Positions 9,001 to 17,648 of a DNA stretch of 40,950 nt are shown piece after piece. The notes beneath the pieces are model-generated. The model saw only the letters and a program-made list of their open reading frames with translations, was not told the origin of the DNA and did not search any database. The stretch is from the IMG/VR virus record IMGVR_UViG_3300034122_001045, one strand, 5' to 3'. Origin of the DNA: a virus (Duplodnaviria > Heunggongvirae > Uroviricota > Caudoviricetes). Made by a program: the position numbers and the translations under genes. Position 1 is the first letter of the stretch. Each line of letters begins with the position of its first letter.

Positions 9001-11165
9001 CCGGCTTTTGTCCAGTGAAGAGTAAGCGTTGTTGTAGTCCCAATTCTTGCCCAATACCATGCGCCGCTTCTAAGGCCAGATATCGGCGTTGAGCTTAAGT
9101 ATTGTACGGCGTCGCCGTTTGTAAAACCGTGAGCAACAGCCGTAGTGATCACGTCAGTCGAAACGTTAACAGCAGAGGATTGTGTAAATGTTCGCTCAAC
9201 GGTCTTAAATCCAGCAGTAGTGGTCGCAAGTTTAAAATTGTTCTGTGATTTTTGAAAAACATAGTAAAAGTCACCACTAGTAAGACCACTGATATTAGAA
9301 TTTCCATTATTGTTGTACAATACTGAAGAACCGTCTATAAGTGTATTACTAGGAGCAAATATACTATCATTGTTTAAAATAGAATAATTTCCAGATATGC
9401 GATACTGGCCAGCTGCGCTTCCAAACGAAGTAAGGTTAATTTGTGCGCCGTTTGAAACTGACGTAAATCTAACTCTGTTGACATTAACTTTTTCAATTCT
9501 GTAAGCCGTAGAAGATGTAATACCGCCGATGGCAGTGCCAGATTGAACAGTATATGTTGCTATGTCTCCGGTTTCAAAACCGTGATTTGAAAACCATATC
9601 GTATCAAAATCTGGAAGAAGTGACGCAGCAATCATCACAGCACCATTCGTGGTCGTTGTCATATTTAGAGTTGCGCCCGTAGGTGTAGTTCTAATCGTCA
9701 TTGTTGTTGCACCACTGACAACCGAAACATAATATGGAGTGTAAGAAGATAGAAGGTCGGTTGATACGGAAACGTTGCCTGCTCCACCTGGGCCAAAGAA
9801 TAAAAGTGGAACGTTATTATCAGAGTTAGTAAGATTGTGCGGTTCAACGAACGTAACAATTTCTGTTGCAGTGGCCACGCCACTAACTCTTGTGCCTCTT
9901 ATGAAAGCGCTTCTCATAACTCCACCGTCAGTTCCTGCTCCTGACAAGTTTACTCTTGTTGTGCTTCCGCTTGTAGTGGTAAGATATATAGTTGTAGGAT
10001 TTACCACTCTTACGTAGTACCAGTTAAAGGTAGTAAGACCGCCGATTACGGTATTTCCTTCACCAGCTACATACACGTATGGAAAGTTATCCGACAATCC
10101 ATGAGCAGTTGGAAACGTAATCGTCTCAACTCCAGCTCCAGCATCAATTGTGACTGCCGAATTTCTAAAGTATAGTACAGGTGAACCTTTTGATGAGTCT
10201 CCACTGTAGTTATATGGCTGAACTGCACCAAGAGCAAACGAACCTGTTTCTCCAGTTGCAGTATTGTTTGTGCTTGTTACCGTGCTAGTAACAAAATTAT
10301 TTGCTTCTACTAGAGACGCATCAATGTCTAAGTCTACAACACCTTTACTGTTTGTTAAAAAGAAGCTGGTTCCAGGTGTAAAATTTGTCGGGTATGCCGT
10401 CGTAACAGTTAGGGCAGTATTTCCAGATCCGCTCGTTGTGATTGCGGAAATTCCAGAAATATCAAATTCGGTTCCTTGATAAAGTGATCCAGCAAAGATC
10501 TGAGTGAATGTATCAAGTATACTTCCTGTAAAGTTTTGTATTGACTTTGATTTGTATTGGAACGAAGTTGTACTTATAATATTAGTTACAACAAATCCGC
10601 CATCGCAAGAAATACTTCTAGAACCAGAAACGATCACTGGGCTTCCGCTAATAAAGTTGTGAACTTCTCCAAGTTCAACAGTGACAAGATCGCTTCCATT
10701 AATTGTAGACATAGAAGTAATACTAAAAGAAGTGTCACCAGTTCTTGAATAGAAAGTAGGAATATTCTTAACGAGTTCAAGAGTCTCCCATTTAGTTGAC
10801 TGAAGACCGTATTCGAAGTCAGTATCGATTAGGTTTTCTGGTTGACTTATTCTTAATTTTGAAACAGGATCAACAAACGTTTCACTAGGCTCAAATGATT
10901 GATTGTCTTTTTCAACGAAGATCTGAAGCTTATCAGATGCACTCATAGCACTGCAGTCGTATGTTAAGACGAGAGTTGTGGTTTCTGCAGTCGTGTTAAT
11001 GGTGTAGTTACTTATTCCCTTTGCTGAATCAGCGAACGAAAAAATGATTTGATTATCCGTAACATTCGTGATAAGCAGGAATCTCTCTAAACGATATATT
11101 CCATCAATGACAATTGTATCCGTTGATGGTGTAAACGTATAAGATGGGATAAGTACTTTAGCCAT
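6009..11165 (-). CDS. Large virion structural/fibre-associated protein with repeated modules (1718 aa)
   Basis: Ser/Thr/Gly-rich, with about 7 recurring (D/E)xIx..HG(L/F)xxG..VxY...GL...YYV modules, DPVSKLRISQPENLIDTDFEYG and RQTRKYFRYQSGKG segments, and its own late promoter. The precise function is not identifiable. Confidence 0.65.
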   Translation of the reverse strand: MAKVLIPSYTFTPSTDTIVIDGIYRLERFLLITNVTDNQIIFSFADSAKGISNYTINTTAETTTLVLTYDCSAMSASDKLQIFVEKDNQSFEPSETFVDPVSKLRISQPENLIDTDFEYGLQSTKWETLELVKNIPTFYSRTGDTSFSITSMSTINGSDLVTVELGEVHNFISGSPVIVSGSRSISCDGGFVVTNIISTTSFQYKSKSIQNFTGSILDTFTQIFAGSLYQGTEFDISGISAITTSGSGNTALTVTTAYPTNFTPGTSFFLTNSKGVVDLDIDASLVEANNFVTSTVTSTNNTATGETGSFALGAVQPYNYSGDSSKGSPVLYFRNSAVTIDAGAGVETITFPTAHGLSDNFPYVYVAGEGNTVIGGLTTFNWYYVRVVNPTTIYLTTTSGSTTRVNLSGAGTDGGVMRSAFIRGTRVSGVATATEIVTFVEPHNLTNSDNNVPLLFFGPGGAGNVSVSTDLLSSYTPYYVSVVSGATTMTIRTTPTGATLNMTTTTNGAVMIAASLLPDFDTIWFSNHGFETGDIATYTVQSGTAIGGITSSTAYRIEKVNVNRVRFTSVSNGAQINLTSFGSAAGQYRISGNYSILNNDSIFAPSNTLIDGSSVLYNNNGNSNISGLTSGDFYYVFQKSQNNFKLATTTAGFKTVERTFTQSSAVNVSTDVITTAVAHGFTNGDAVQYLSSTPISGLRSGAWYWARIGTTTTLTLHWTKAGANANTDRVDIGGPLSGSGSLRAADLVDIAASGTATHTFSATTPGAADGVYTLVDNITSNTFTVSTANVSVPLRIISINPNLFLDLSKSAFYSLTHGLRTGTAVEYNTTGTAIGGLTDSTTYYVIRVSKNWFRLASSEQNAIDGVSITLTSKGTGTDHTITTSTVSGEVLGPGTVTITAGETTITGTDTNFPSLFTRGNEFFVYESQTIGANVTVSSINTTTDVITTSASHGYITEDAVFVSSDSTPGGITEDGIYYVNVLSSTTLQLHPTPATATANTNKIDITSSGTSVILNEIIGIGATYNATIESINSTTEIIARESVANTTLTSSEYAVGTSLLLRADGFALHRPYDGGVELIPSTNPDSTMIRQTRKYFRYQSGKGIQVSFAVNFSPTTTIDSMVYDTGNTAIITTRFPSRVTEDLSITVSGATVTAGQNYWNGSFTVDSIIDPYSFRVNIGGQPADTFALGIPEYYVNTWSNSLLKCGLFDDQNGLYFEYDGSELYCCRRSSTLQISGTVSVQFKQGNVVGTNTKFLSQLNAGGRIVIKGQTYVISEIASNTLLYILPSYRGTDATNVIITKTIDTKIPQSQWNIDTCDGTGSTGFYLNTNKIQMAYMDYSWYGAGKVRFGFKDQKGKVVYVHEFIHNNKQNEAYMRSGNIPGRYEIENVGAPTYVPALAHWGTSVIMDGRYDNDRAYVFAASSNTLSISGTASIVANGAIANTSLYYVLSQGQFRTANYAIEVVTPSTALNAIPAGVSITGNGITGRLTANPLDTRTTPFQAYLPSVSSRIQFPGNVASTATRNLILLNGPPTATAAANNYTVTLSAATTSVVYEQPLISIRLAPSVDNGTPGNLGEREIINRMQLILDSVGILTTHSCEVLLKLNGKLNNYDWKRVANPSLSQLIYHDSSDRITEGTTVYTFRAQGTSGTTARSQNNIIVSLDEIATLGNSILGGDGTFPDGPDVLTLVVKLLEDPSNVTAANPFVVAGRIGWSESQA

Positions 11166-11202
11166 TTATTGCTTCCTAGCTTAATGATAAGATTGTTTCT
11201 TC

Positions 11203-11210
11203 TATTTATA
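11203..11210 (-). promoter_or_regulatory. T4-type late promoter TATAAATA upstream of the 1718-aa gene
   Basis: Exact TATAAATA on the minus strand in the intergenic gap, flanked by the short inverted repeat TCTTC/GAAGA. Confidence 0.85.
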
Positions 11211-11297
11211 AAAGAAGACGAACCGCATTTTTCTATTGACATATGTGAAATTACTGATATAATTAGATTTAATATCTATCAGGCCGGTAGTATATAC

Positions 11298-12044
11298 TCA
11301 CTCGATGCGTTCGATATCTTCTTCATAGCAGTTCTCTCCATACTGGATCTCAACAATCTTGAGTTCTTCAGACGAGTCGTTAATGAGTTGATGCCAGTCG
11401 GTTACGACAATGGTGACGAAGTCACCTTTCTTCAAAGGTTTTCTTATTCCATTGTGTAGGATTGCACCTGTACCATTCGTCACGTACCAAAGTTCGCTTC
11501 GATACTTATGTCTCTGAAGACTCAGTGACTTACCTGGTTCGACGACGAGCTCCTTTACCTTCGTAGAAGGACCGTCTGAGTGAAGAACACGATAGTATCC
11601 CCACTTTCTTTCAGTCTTTGGAGTCTTCCACTCAGTGAGGATCTTGCTACTCGAATTCATCTTATGAGTTCCACCGACGCCAAATACAAATGATAGTCTT
11701 TCATCCTTAATACTCATTTCCGGAATATTAATATTCGTTCTATCCCCGCCATTTGCAAAGATGATTTCATCATTAGGAAACTTTCCTAGGCACAACTTAA
11801 TTGCTTCTGATGCCCCGCCATCACTATCGTCAAAGATCATGACACTATCGACCATATGAAGGCTCTCAACGATTGCAACTCTTTCTGATAGACTCATGAA
11901 TGGCTGGCCCTTTTTACGAGTTAACCATTCGTCACTATTGACTCCAACTATTAGAATATCGCCGAGCTCTTTTGCTTCGTTAAAATATGCGATGTGACCG
12001 CTGTGAATTGGATCAAAACCGCCGGTTACAAGTACTATCTTCAT
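11298..12044 (-). CDS. Cytidylyltransferase-like nucleotidyltransferase (TagD/RfaE-II type) fused to a phosphomannose-isomerase type II-like cupin
   Basis: GGFDPIHSGH (HxGH) and LIVGVNSDEWLTRKKG in the N-terminal half; ERKWGYYRVL, KELVVEPGKSLSLQRHKYRSELWYV and IVEIQYGENCYEEDIERI in the C-terminal cupin. Confidence 0.85.
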   Translation of the reverse strand: MKIVLVTGGFDPIHSGHIAYFNEAKELGDILIVGVNSDEWLTRKKGQPFMSLSERVAIVESLHMVDSVMIFDDSDGGASEAIKLCLGKFPNDEIIFANGGDRTNINIPEMSIKDERLSFVFGVGGTHKMNSSSKILTEWKTPKTERKWGYYRVLHSDGPSTKVKELVVEPGKSLSLQRHKYRSELWYVTNGTGAILHNGIRKPLKKGDFVTIVVTDWHQLINDSSEELKIVEIQYGENCYEEDIERIE

Positions 12045-12047
12045 TTC

Positions 12048-13619
12048 TTACTCCGCATCAAAAAAGAACATTTGCCATAGACGTGAATTTTCTAAAGCAT
12101 ATCCAAAGTATTCAGACGCTGCGTGTATCAACCCAGCATCAAATATAACTAGTCTATTATAAACGTTTCCAACCACATCAACTGGCTCGTATGGAGTTCT
12201 ATCCAGAGTAGTATGACCAGAGAATGTGCTCATAATTTCTGGATGCGAGTTATGACGTATACGTGTTGCTTTATGTGCAAACATAGATGTACCTGTCTGA
12301 TATGGCGCGTCTGGTGTTAGAAACAACATTCCTGCATACTTCTGTTCGTCGCAGTGATACACGAGAGGTTCGCCTGCGTAGCAGTACTGGAATCTACCGT
12401 TCATTCCATACTGTTCCCACTTAGTAACCTTCATTCCCATGATCTTTTCGAACTCGTCTTTTAATCCGTTAAAGAGGTACTGTTTGTGAGTTCTTCTTCC
12501 AATGTATCCTCTTCCTATGCCACCCTCGTCAAATTCTCTAGTCATAGCATACTTCCTTACTTCATCCGGATTTTGATAAAAGTCATCTACGACCCACAGT
12601 CTCTTCTTATAAGGATTTATAATCGAAGAGGGGTTTAATACTGATTTTTCGAATACATCCAAGTCTTTGTAATCAAAGTTTGGTAAGAAAAAGTTTTTAA
12701 GATGCTCTCTTTCAAGTATCATTTTTGGCAACTCGCTTATTGGATACTTTTTCAAAACATGATCATTATTTCCAGAAGGTGGAACAGAACCTTCAGTAAG
12801 AGGAGTTTTGTTGAGAAAATCAATAAACGAGTCATCGCTAAATTTGATAGAACTGTTATCTTCTTTACGCATCCATTCAAACGAATCGTTGTAATGGGCA
12901 AAGACTTTTGCTTTTAAAACTCTATTTTCAACTCCGCCCATCCATGACAAGTGCCATCCAAGATCTTTAACGGGTTGTCCATTTTCTGTTATATAATGAA
13001 CAGGAAATGGGTTACCGATATTTGATCTTATATTCGAAGGATTTATTTTTTTTAGTTGACTCTTCGTAGCAAGAAACATTCCGCCAGACCAATCTACTGG
13101 ATACCCATTACTATAACAAACACGAAGGTCTGCTCTTCCTTCTAAGTATATCAACGGAACTTTAATAATAATATTTTGATTTTGCTTGCATACGTTAGAA
13201 AGATATTGAATAACTTCAGGCTTTATAATTTCGTCAGCGTCACTATGTATGAACACGGTATCATCATCAAACTTATCTAGCGCAATTAAAAGAGCATCTT
13301 TCTGTAGGCGCTCTCTTACCTTTGCTCTCTTTGATTCAATTTCGTTACGACTATCGTTTTTCATATCCGCGGTGTCGATAGGAAGAATCACTAGATCTTC
13401 GTCTTCTGGAATATCGTGCTCTATATATACGATCTTATCTTCTGGTAAATTTAGTTTTTTTGCAATCTCACTAAATTTTCTCTCGACGTTCTGTCCGCTA
13501 TGTGTTTTATTCGACTCTGCAATCACAAAATAGTCTACATAATCTTTAAGAAGATTTACTCTCAGCTCTAGTGTTTGCTCGCCATACGGAGCAAAAAATG
13601 GAAAAAAATCTACTATCAT
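12048..13619 (-). CDS. Fusion of a GT17-like glycosyltransferase (N-terminal) and a 2OG-Fe(II) oxygenase-like domain (C-terminal, DUF6445-like)
   Basis: N-terminal ELRVNLLKDYVDYFVIAESNKTHSG, HSDADEI (DxD) and GWHLSWMGG; C-terminal VVDDFYQNPDEVRKYA, YHCD (HxD), NRLVIFDAGLIH and RLWQMFFFD. Confidence 0.75.
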   Translation of the reverse strand: MIVDFFPFFAPYGEQTLELRVNLLKDYVDYFVIAESNKTHSGQNVERKFSEIAKKLNLPEDKIVYIEHDIPEDEDLVILPIDTADMKNDSRNEIESKRAKVRERLQKDALLIALDKFDDDTVFIHSDADEIIKPEVIQYLSNVCKQNQNIIIKVPLIYLEGRADLRVCYSNGYPVDWSGGMFLATKSQLKKINPSNIRSNIGNPFPVHYITENGQPVKDLGWHLSWMGGVENRVLKAKVFAHYNDSFEWMRKEDNSSIKFSDDSFIDFLNKTPLTEGSVPPSGNNDHVLKKYPISELPKMILEREHLKNFFLPNFDYKDLDVFEKSVLNPSSIINPYKKRLWVVDDFYQNPDEVRKYAMTREFDEGGIGRGYIGRRTHKQYLFNGLKDEFEKIMGMKVTKWEQYGMNGRFQYCYAGEPLVYHCDEQKYAGMLFLTPDAPYQTGTSMFAHKATRIRHNSHPEIMSTFSGHTTLDRTPYEPVDVVGNVYNRLVIFDAGLIHAASEYFGYALENSRLWQMFFFDAE

Positions 13620-13620
13620 A

Positions 13621-14637
13621 TTATAACCTTTCTAAAACAGTTAAACCGTTGTTGTTTGTTAAGAATTTTTTGAATCTCCAGTGAGGGTTAACCATGAGAA
13701 ACTCTATTATAGCTGGAAGAAGACCTTGAGAAGTACTGTATGCTTGGCCTCCCTCGTTCTTTAGACCAAAAGTATTTGTATCGTGGAACACCATGTATTT
13801 TCTAGACTTATTTCCATGAAGTGAAAGCTCTTGTTTTAACTGCTCGTATGTATGCCAAGTATCAATGAAGAGCAGGTCTGTTTCTTCGATATCAATCTTA
13901 AGAACGTCTGCTTCGATGAATGTAGCATCCTTTCCAGCTTTCTTTGCCTCGTTGATTAGATCTACTACTTTTTGATCTGTTACGATGTCATATGAAATTA
14001 GTCTCGCATCAACTCTTAAGAATGCTCGTGTACTTATTCCGGTTCTTACACCCATCTCTATTATATGATTACAATCTTTAGCTAGTTCATATAGAACTGG
14101 AAGGTGTTCGTGAATGTCACTAGGAGACGAAGCCGCGATCGCGAACTCTTTCTCTATCATGTGTTTGAAATTTTTTTGCGGCTGGTCTTCCGAATGTCTA
14201 ATAGTACCAACCGAAGGAATATACTTTTTCATTATGTCGTTCAAATTTACCATATCATATATCTCACTCTTAGTGTTCTTTTCTTTTGCTTTAAGAAAGA
14301 ACGGATGTATGTTCATAAAATCATCTTCTTTTCCAATATATTTATATATTAGCAGTAACATATAAAACGCATCTATTCTTGACGAGTCAACGTTCAATGC
14401 ATTCTTTAAAATTTTCTCTGCCATCGCAAAACTATCGCCATGTTCTATCAATGACTTTGCAGCTGACACTAGAGAATTATAGATAAGTTCTACGTCATCT
14501 GTCCTATCTGCCGCTCTTAGAAAGTATCCACAGGCAGAAGAATACTGCTGAAGGATTTCATACTCTTTTCCAAGATCGTAGTTGTACTGAGCGTTTCCTG
14601 GATCACTTATATAAGTGTTAATCTTTTCTTTAAGCAT
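13621..14637 (-). CDS. TPR-like N-terminal domain plus class I SAM-dependent methyltransferase (Methyltransf_24-like)
   Basis: Helical N-terminus YDLGKEYEILQQYSSACGYFLRAADRT; C-terminal SDIHEHLPVL, IIEMGVRTGIST, DLLFIDTWHTYEQL and MVFHDT. Confidence 0.8.
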   Translation of the reverse strand: MLKEKINTYISDPGNAQYNYDLGKEYEILQQYSSACGYFLRAADRTDDVELIYNSLVSAAKSLIEHGDSFAMAEKILKNALNVDSSRIDAFYMLLLIYKYIGKEDDFMNIHPFFLKAKEKNTKSEIYDMVNLNDIMKKYIPSVGTIRHSEDQPQKNFKHMIEKEFAIAASSPSDIHEHLPVLYELAKDCNHIIEMGVRTGISTRAFLRVDARLISYDIVTDQKVVDLINEAKKAGKDATFIEADVLKIDIEETDLLFIDTWHTYEQLKQELSLHGNKSRKYMVFHDTNTFGLKNEGGQAYSTSQGLLPAIIEFLMVNPHWRFKKFLTNNNGLTVLERL

Positions 14638-14638
14638 G

Positions 14639-16240
14639 TTACCCTCTCAAAATAAAATCATCAAACACGTCTCTAGGTATTCTTAGTATGTAAGAAGCAT
14701 TATCTTCATAGCCATAGGATATAAGTACGTCATTCTTATGGTAAGCAATACCAGATACAAACTCAATAGTACCACCCATCATAGTAAAGTCACGAGTAGA
14801 GCATACGATGTTCCAGTTTCTATCCCAGACTACGATTCGCTGAAAGTATCTTCTTCCGCTATCCTTGCCGCTATATAAGCACTCGTGAGTAACACCTATG
14901 TAGTAATCGTCATTCCAAGGAAGAATATGAGAACCGCCTCTTAAGTCTCGAGGAAACCGATAAGTCTTAGACTCTTCCAAGTGAACGGTCTCGGTCTTTA
15001 GAGTTTTAGTATCAAATGAAACTATCTGAGTTGGGTTAGACCACTTCACCCATTGGAACGGTTTATCTAGAACAGGCATCCAGTTCTTTTCACAATAGGT
15101 ATCGTCGTTTCCTGGCGCAGGAATTGAAAAACGTTCTACTTCGACTACGCCATTCTCGGTTATCTCGATCTGTGAAAGATCCATACGACCCTTACCTTCT
15201 AGTATGTGGTCCCTTCTTACTCCACATAGATACTTCTTTCCATCCCACTCTACAAACCTAGCATCTTCCAATCCAATGTAGAACCAGTTAGGATTCTCAT
15301 TGAGTCTCATGTCAACGCGATCTGCAGTTATAACATTAAGTCGATCGTCTAATCTGCACACGACGTTTTCGGATCTGATATTAATGTCGTTGTCGGAATA
15401 TAGATATTTGAGAGGACCGTCTTTTTCTGGAAACTTATTACTGTAGTAGAGTGTGTAGTTTGTTTCTCTTAAGTTTACAAAGACTCTCTCTTTATCATCA
15501 ACAAACACGGAAGCATTTGTAGTCGCAACTCCTTTAGAAACAGAATGAGGAACTACGATAGAATGCACGGATCCTCCCTTTTCCAAAACATATTTGGAAA
15601 GACTAGAACTATATACATCCTTTAAATCTGAAGAGTTGTGATAGTAGTTAGCTCTTTCGTTTTCTTTTTTGATCTGCATAAGATTCTTTAACGCATCTCT
15701 TTTTATGTGGTTCGGAACGTCCTTGATCTTTGTTAACGATAGTAATATCTCTCTTGCTTCTTCAATGAAACCGCTGTTAAAACCAGCATGCGCTTTTTGC
15801 AAAAGAAGTGAATACTTTCCTTCAAAAATAGTTTTAAATCTCAAGGGTTTTAAATTATCTATGTCTTTAATAGATAATGCGGTGCACACTAGAGAGTACG
15901 CGGTGAACCACTTCTCATCGTTCGTTTCGTTATTTTCTATGAACTTACTTAGAATTAAATATGCTTCGGGTCTATCAGGCATATGCGATATCGCAAAGTT
16001 TAGCATACCCTTTGTTGAATATCTACGTCTTCCTAGTGAAGCAGTACATGCTGCAAACCTTATTAGGCTCTCATATGACAGAAGACGGTTCTCTGTTCTT
16101 TCTGCTGTTCTTAAGTAATAAGAACCAGCCGAAGAATACTGCCCCAGATCCTCATAGTAAGATCCTAGAGTAAAACTTACTTCTGGATCACTAGGGTTAA
16201 GAGCAAACATCGTGATCAATTGTTTCATTTCTTCAAGCAT
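14639..16240 (-). CDS. TPR-like N-terminal domain plus five-bladed beta-propeller glycoside hydrolase/phosphorylase-like domain
   Basis: The start is likely the ATG at 16240 (AAGGG SD-like sequence, 1 nt after the upstream stop), although the ORF track starts at 16255. TPR-like LGSYYEDLGQYSSAGSYYLRTAERT; propeller motifs GLEDARFVEW, CEKNWMP, RGGS, THE and IEFVSG. Confidence 0.65.
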   Translation of the reverse strand: MLEEMKQLITMFALNPSDPEVSFTLGSYYEDLGQYSSAGSYYLRTAERTENRLLSYESLIRFAACTASLGRRRYSTKGMLNFAISHMPDRPEAYLILSKFIENNETNDEKWFTAYSLVCTALSIKDIDNLKPLRFKTIFEGKYSLLLQKAHAGFNSGFIEEAREILLSLTKIKDVPNHIKRDALKNLMQIKKENERANYYHNSSDLKDVYSSSLSKYVLEKGGSVHSIVVPHSVSKGVATTNASVFVDDKERVFVNLRETNYTLYYSNKFPEKDGPLKYLYSDNDINIRSENVVCRLDDRLNVITADRVDMRLNENPNWFYIGLEDARFVEWDGKKYLCGVRRDHILEGKGRMDLSQIEITENGVVEVERFSIPAPGNDDTYCEKNWMPVLDKPFQWVKWSNPTQIVSFDTKTLKTETVHLEESKTYRFPRDLRGGSHILPWNDDYYIGVTHECLYSGKDSGRRYFQRIVVWDRNWNIVCSTRDFTMMGGTIEFVSGIAYHKNDVLISYGYEDNASYILRIPRDVFDDFILRG

Positions 16241-16241
16241 A

Positions 16242-17306
16242 TTAACCCTTTGCATAATTTAAAAACTTTTCTACGGTTGCATATGGAGTTTCTAATACGT
16301 ATGCAACGTTGTCTTGAAAACCAAACGTGATGAGGATCTTTCCTTTATGGTGACACATTCCGCACGTAAACTCAGTATGTCCTCCCATAATGGTAAAGTC
16401 ATCAGAGAAACCTACTATGTCCCAGTTCCTATCCCATACTATAAAGCGATGCCGATATACTCCGTCCTTTACTCGCTTCTCTCCTTTAAACAGATCCACC
16501 TCGTGAGTAAGAGCAATATAGTGATCACCGAACGGAATGACTTGCGATCCTCCACGAGGTTCTGTAAGACCCTTAGGATTTCCATTAAACAGACGCTTCT
16601 CGCTAAGAAAGGCTGTTTCTGCTTTAGATTTTTCTATATCTACAAGAACTACTTCTGTTGGGTTGCACCACTTTATGTACGTATAGTTTTGATCTAGAAC
16701 TGGCATCCAATTCTTTTCGCAATAAGACTTGTCTTCACCAGGTGCACCGATACGAGTTCTTGACACTTCTATGACTTCGTTTTCCAGAACTTCTATCTCT
16801 GACAGTTCCATACGACCCTGTCCGTTTGTAGTCGTATCTCTACGAACTCCAGTCATATAGAGCTTTCCGCCCCATTCCACGAGTCTTGCGTCTTCAAGTC
16901 CTACGAAGTCCCAGATTGGTTCTTTGTCCAATCTTGAAGTATCTACGTGATTGAATCTAGTAATGTTATAGTTATCATCAAGTTCGCAGTAGTAGTTTTC
17001 AGTGCGAAGCTTCATATCGTCTTCGGGGTGAAGATATGTTAGAGGCCCCCAAGGATGGACGAATTTCTTTTTCTCTGAATGATAGAATAGATAGTTGGTG
17101 CATCTTACATTAACAATCAATTTATCATTATGAACCAAGATGGATGGGTTCATGAGACCAGTTCCACCGGTGAGTTCGACTGGAACGATAAGCGGATGAA
17201 TGCTGCCGCCGTCCGTTAATGCTTGTTGTGCTAGAGTGATAGAAGTTTCATATCTGTATGTTTGCTCTACTTGATATGAATCTTTTATGTGTTCAAAAAA
17301 TGACAT
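16242..17306 (-). CDS. Five-bladed beta-propeller glycoside hydrolase/phosphorylase-like protein (GH130/GH43 clan-like), paralog of the neighbouring gene
   Basis: NPSI, VNVRCTNY, GLEDARLVEWGGK, GVRRD, GRMELSEIE, CEKNWMPVLD, RGGSQ, THE and TEFTCG align by eye with the neighbouring paralog. Confidence 0.65.
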   Translation of the reverse strand: MSFFEHIKDSYQVEQTYRYETSITLAQQALTDGGSIHPLIVPVELTGGTGLMNPSILVHNDKLIVNVRCTNYLFYHSEKKKFVHPWGPLTYLHPEDDMKLRTENYYCELDDNYNITRFNHVDTSRLDKEPIWDFVGLEDARLVEWGGKLYMTGVRRDTTTNGQGRMELSEIEVLENEVIEVSRTRIGAPGEDKSYCEKNWMPVLDQNYTYIKWCNPTEVVLVDIEKSKAETAFLSEKRLFNGNPKGLTEPRGGSQVIPFGDHYIALTHEVDLFKGEKRVKDGVYRHRFIVWDRNWDIVGFSDDFTIMGGHTEFTCGMCHHKGKILITFGFQDNVAYVLETPYATVEKFLNYAKG

Positions 17307-17349
17307 AGTGTAATAAGTCTCCGCATAATATAGTTATCTCAACTACATT

Positions 17350-17357
17350 TATTTATC
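17350..17357 (-). promoter_or_regulatory. Near-consensus late promoter GATAAATA heading enzyme cassette A
   Basis: GATAAATA on the minus strand in the 72-nt gap upstream of the 17306 start; 7/8 match to TATAAATA. Confidence 0.5.
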
Positions 17358-17378
17358 TGCCACGATAGCGTTGATTAT

Positions 17379-17648
17379 TTAACCCAATGCGATTGCGTAT
17401 GCAACTGCGTCTGCCGTCGTTACAGGTGTATCCCAAAAGACACTGTTTGCAGAAGAGTGTAATACTTGTCCAAAAGATCCAGGTGAATTTGTGCTGTCAT
17501 ATATGGCTCCAGTTATTCTAACATTGCCTTCCACGTGCAGTTTTTGAGATGGGATTAACGTCCCAATGCCTATATTTCCTGCGCCATCAGCGGTTATTCC
17601 GCCAATACTAACATTAACTCCTACTAACGTCCTTAACGATACTGGCAT
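17379..17648 (-). CDS. Small fibre-associated structural protein (89 aa)
   Basis: GNIGIGTLIPSQKLHVEGNVRITG fibre-type repeat and C-terminal AVAYAIALG; its ATG overlaps the collagen gene stop (TAATG). Confidence 0.65.
   Translation of the reverse strand: MPVSLRTLVGVNVSIGGITADGAGNIGIGTLIPSQKLHVEGNVRITGAIYDSTNSPGSFGQVLHSSANSVFWDTPVTTADAVAYAIALG

Noticed and set aside
11169-11459. 96-aa plus-strand ORF
   Set aside because: It overlaps the late promoter and the 3' end of the nucleotidyltransferase gene in antisense and has no recognisable motif.
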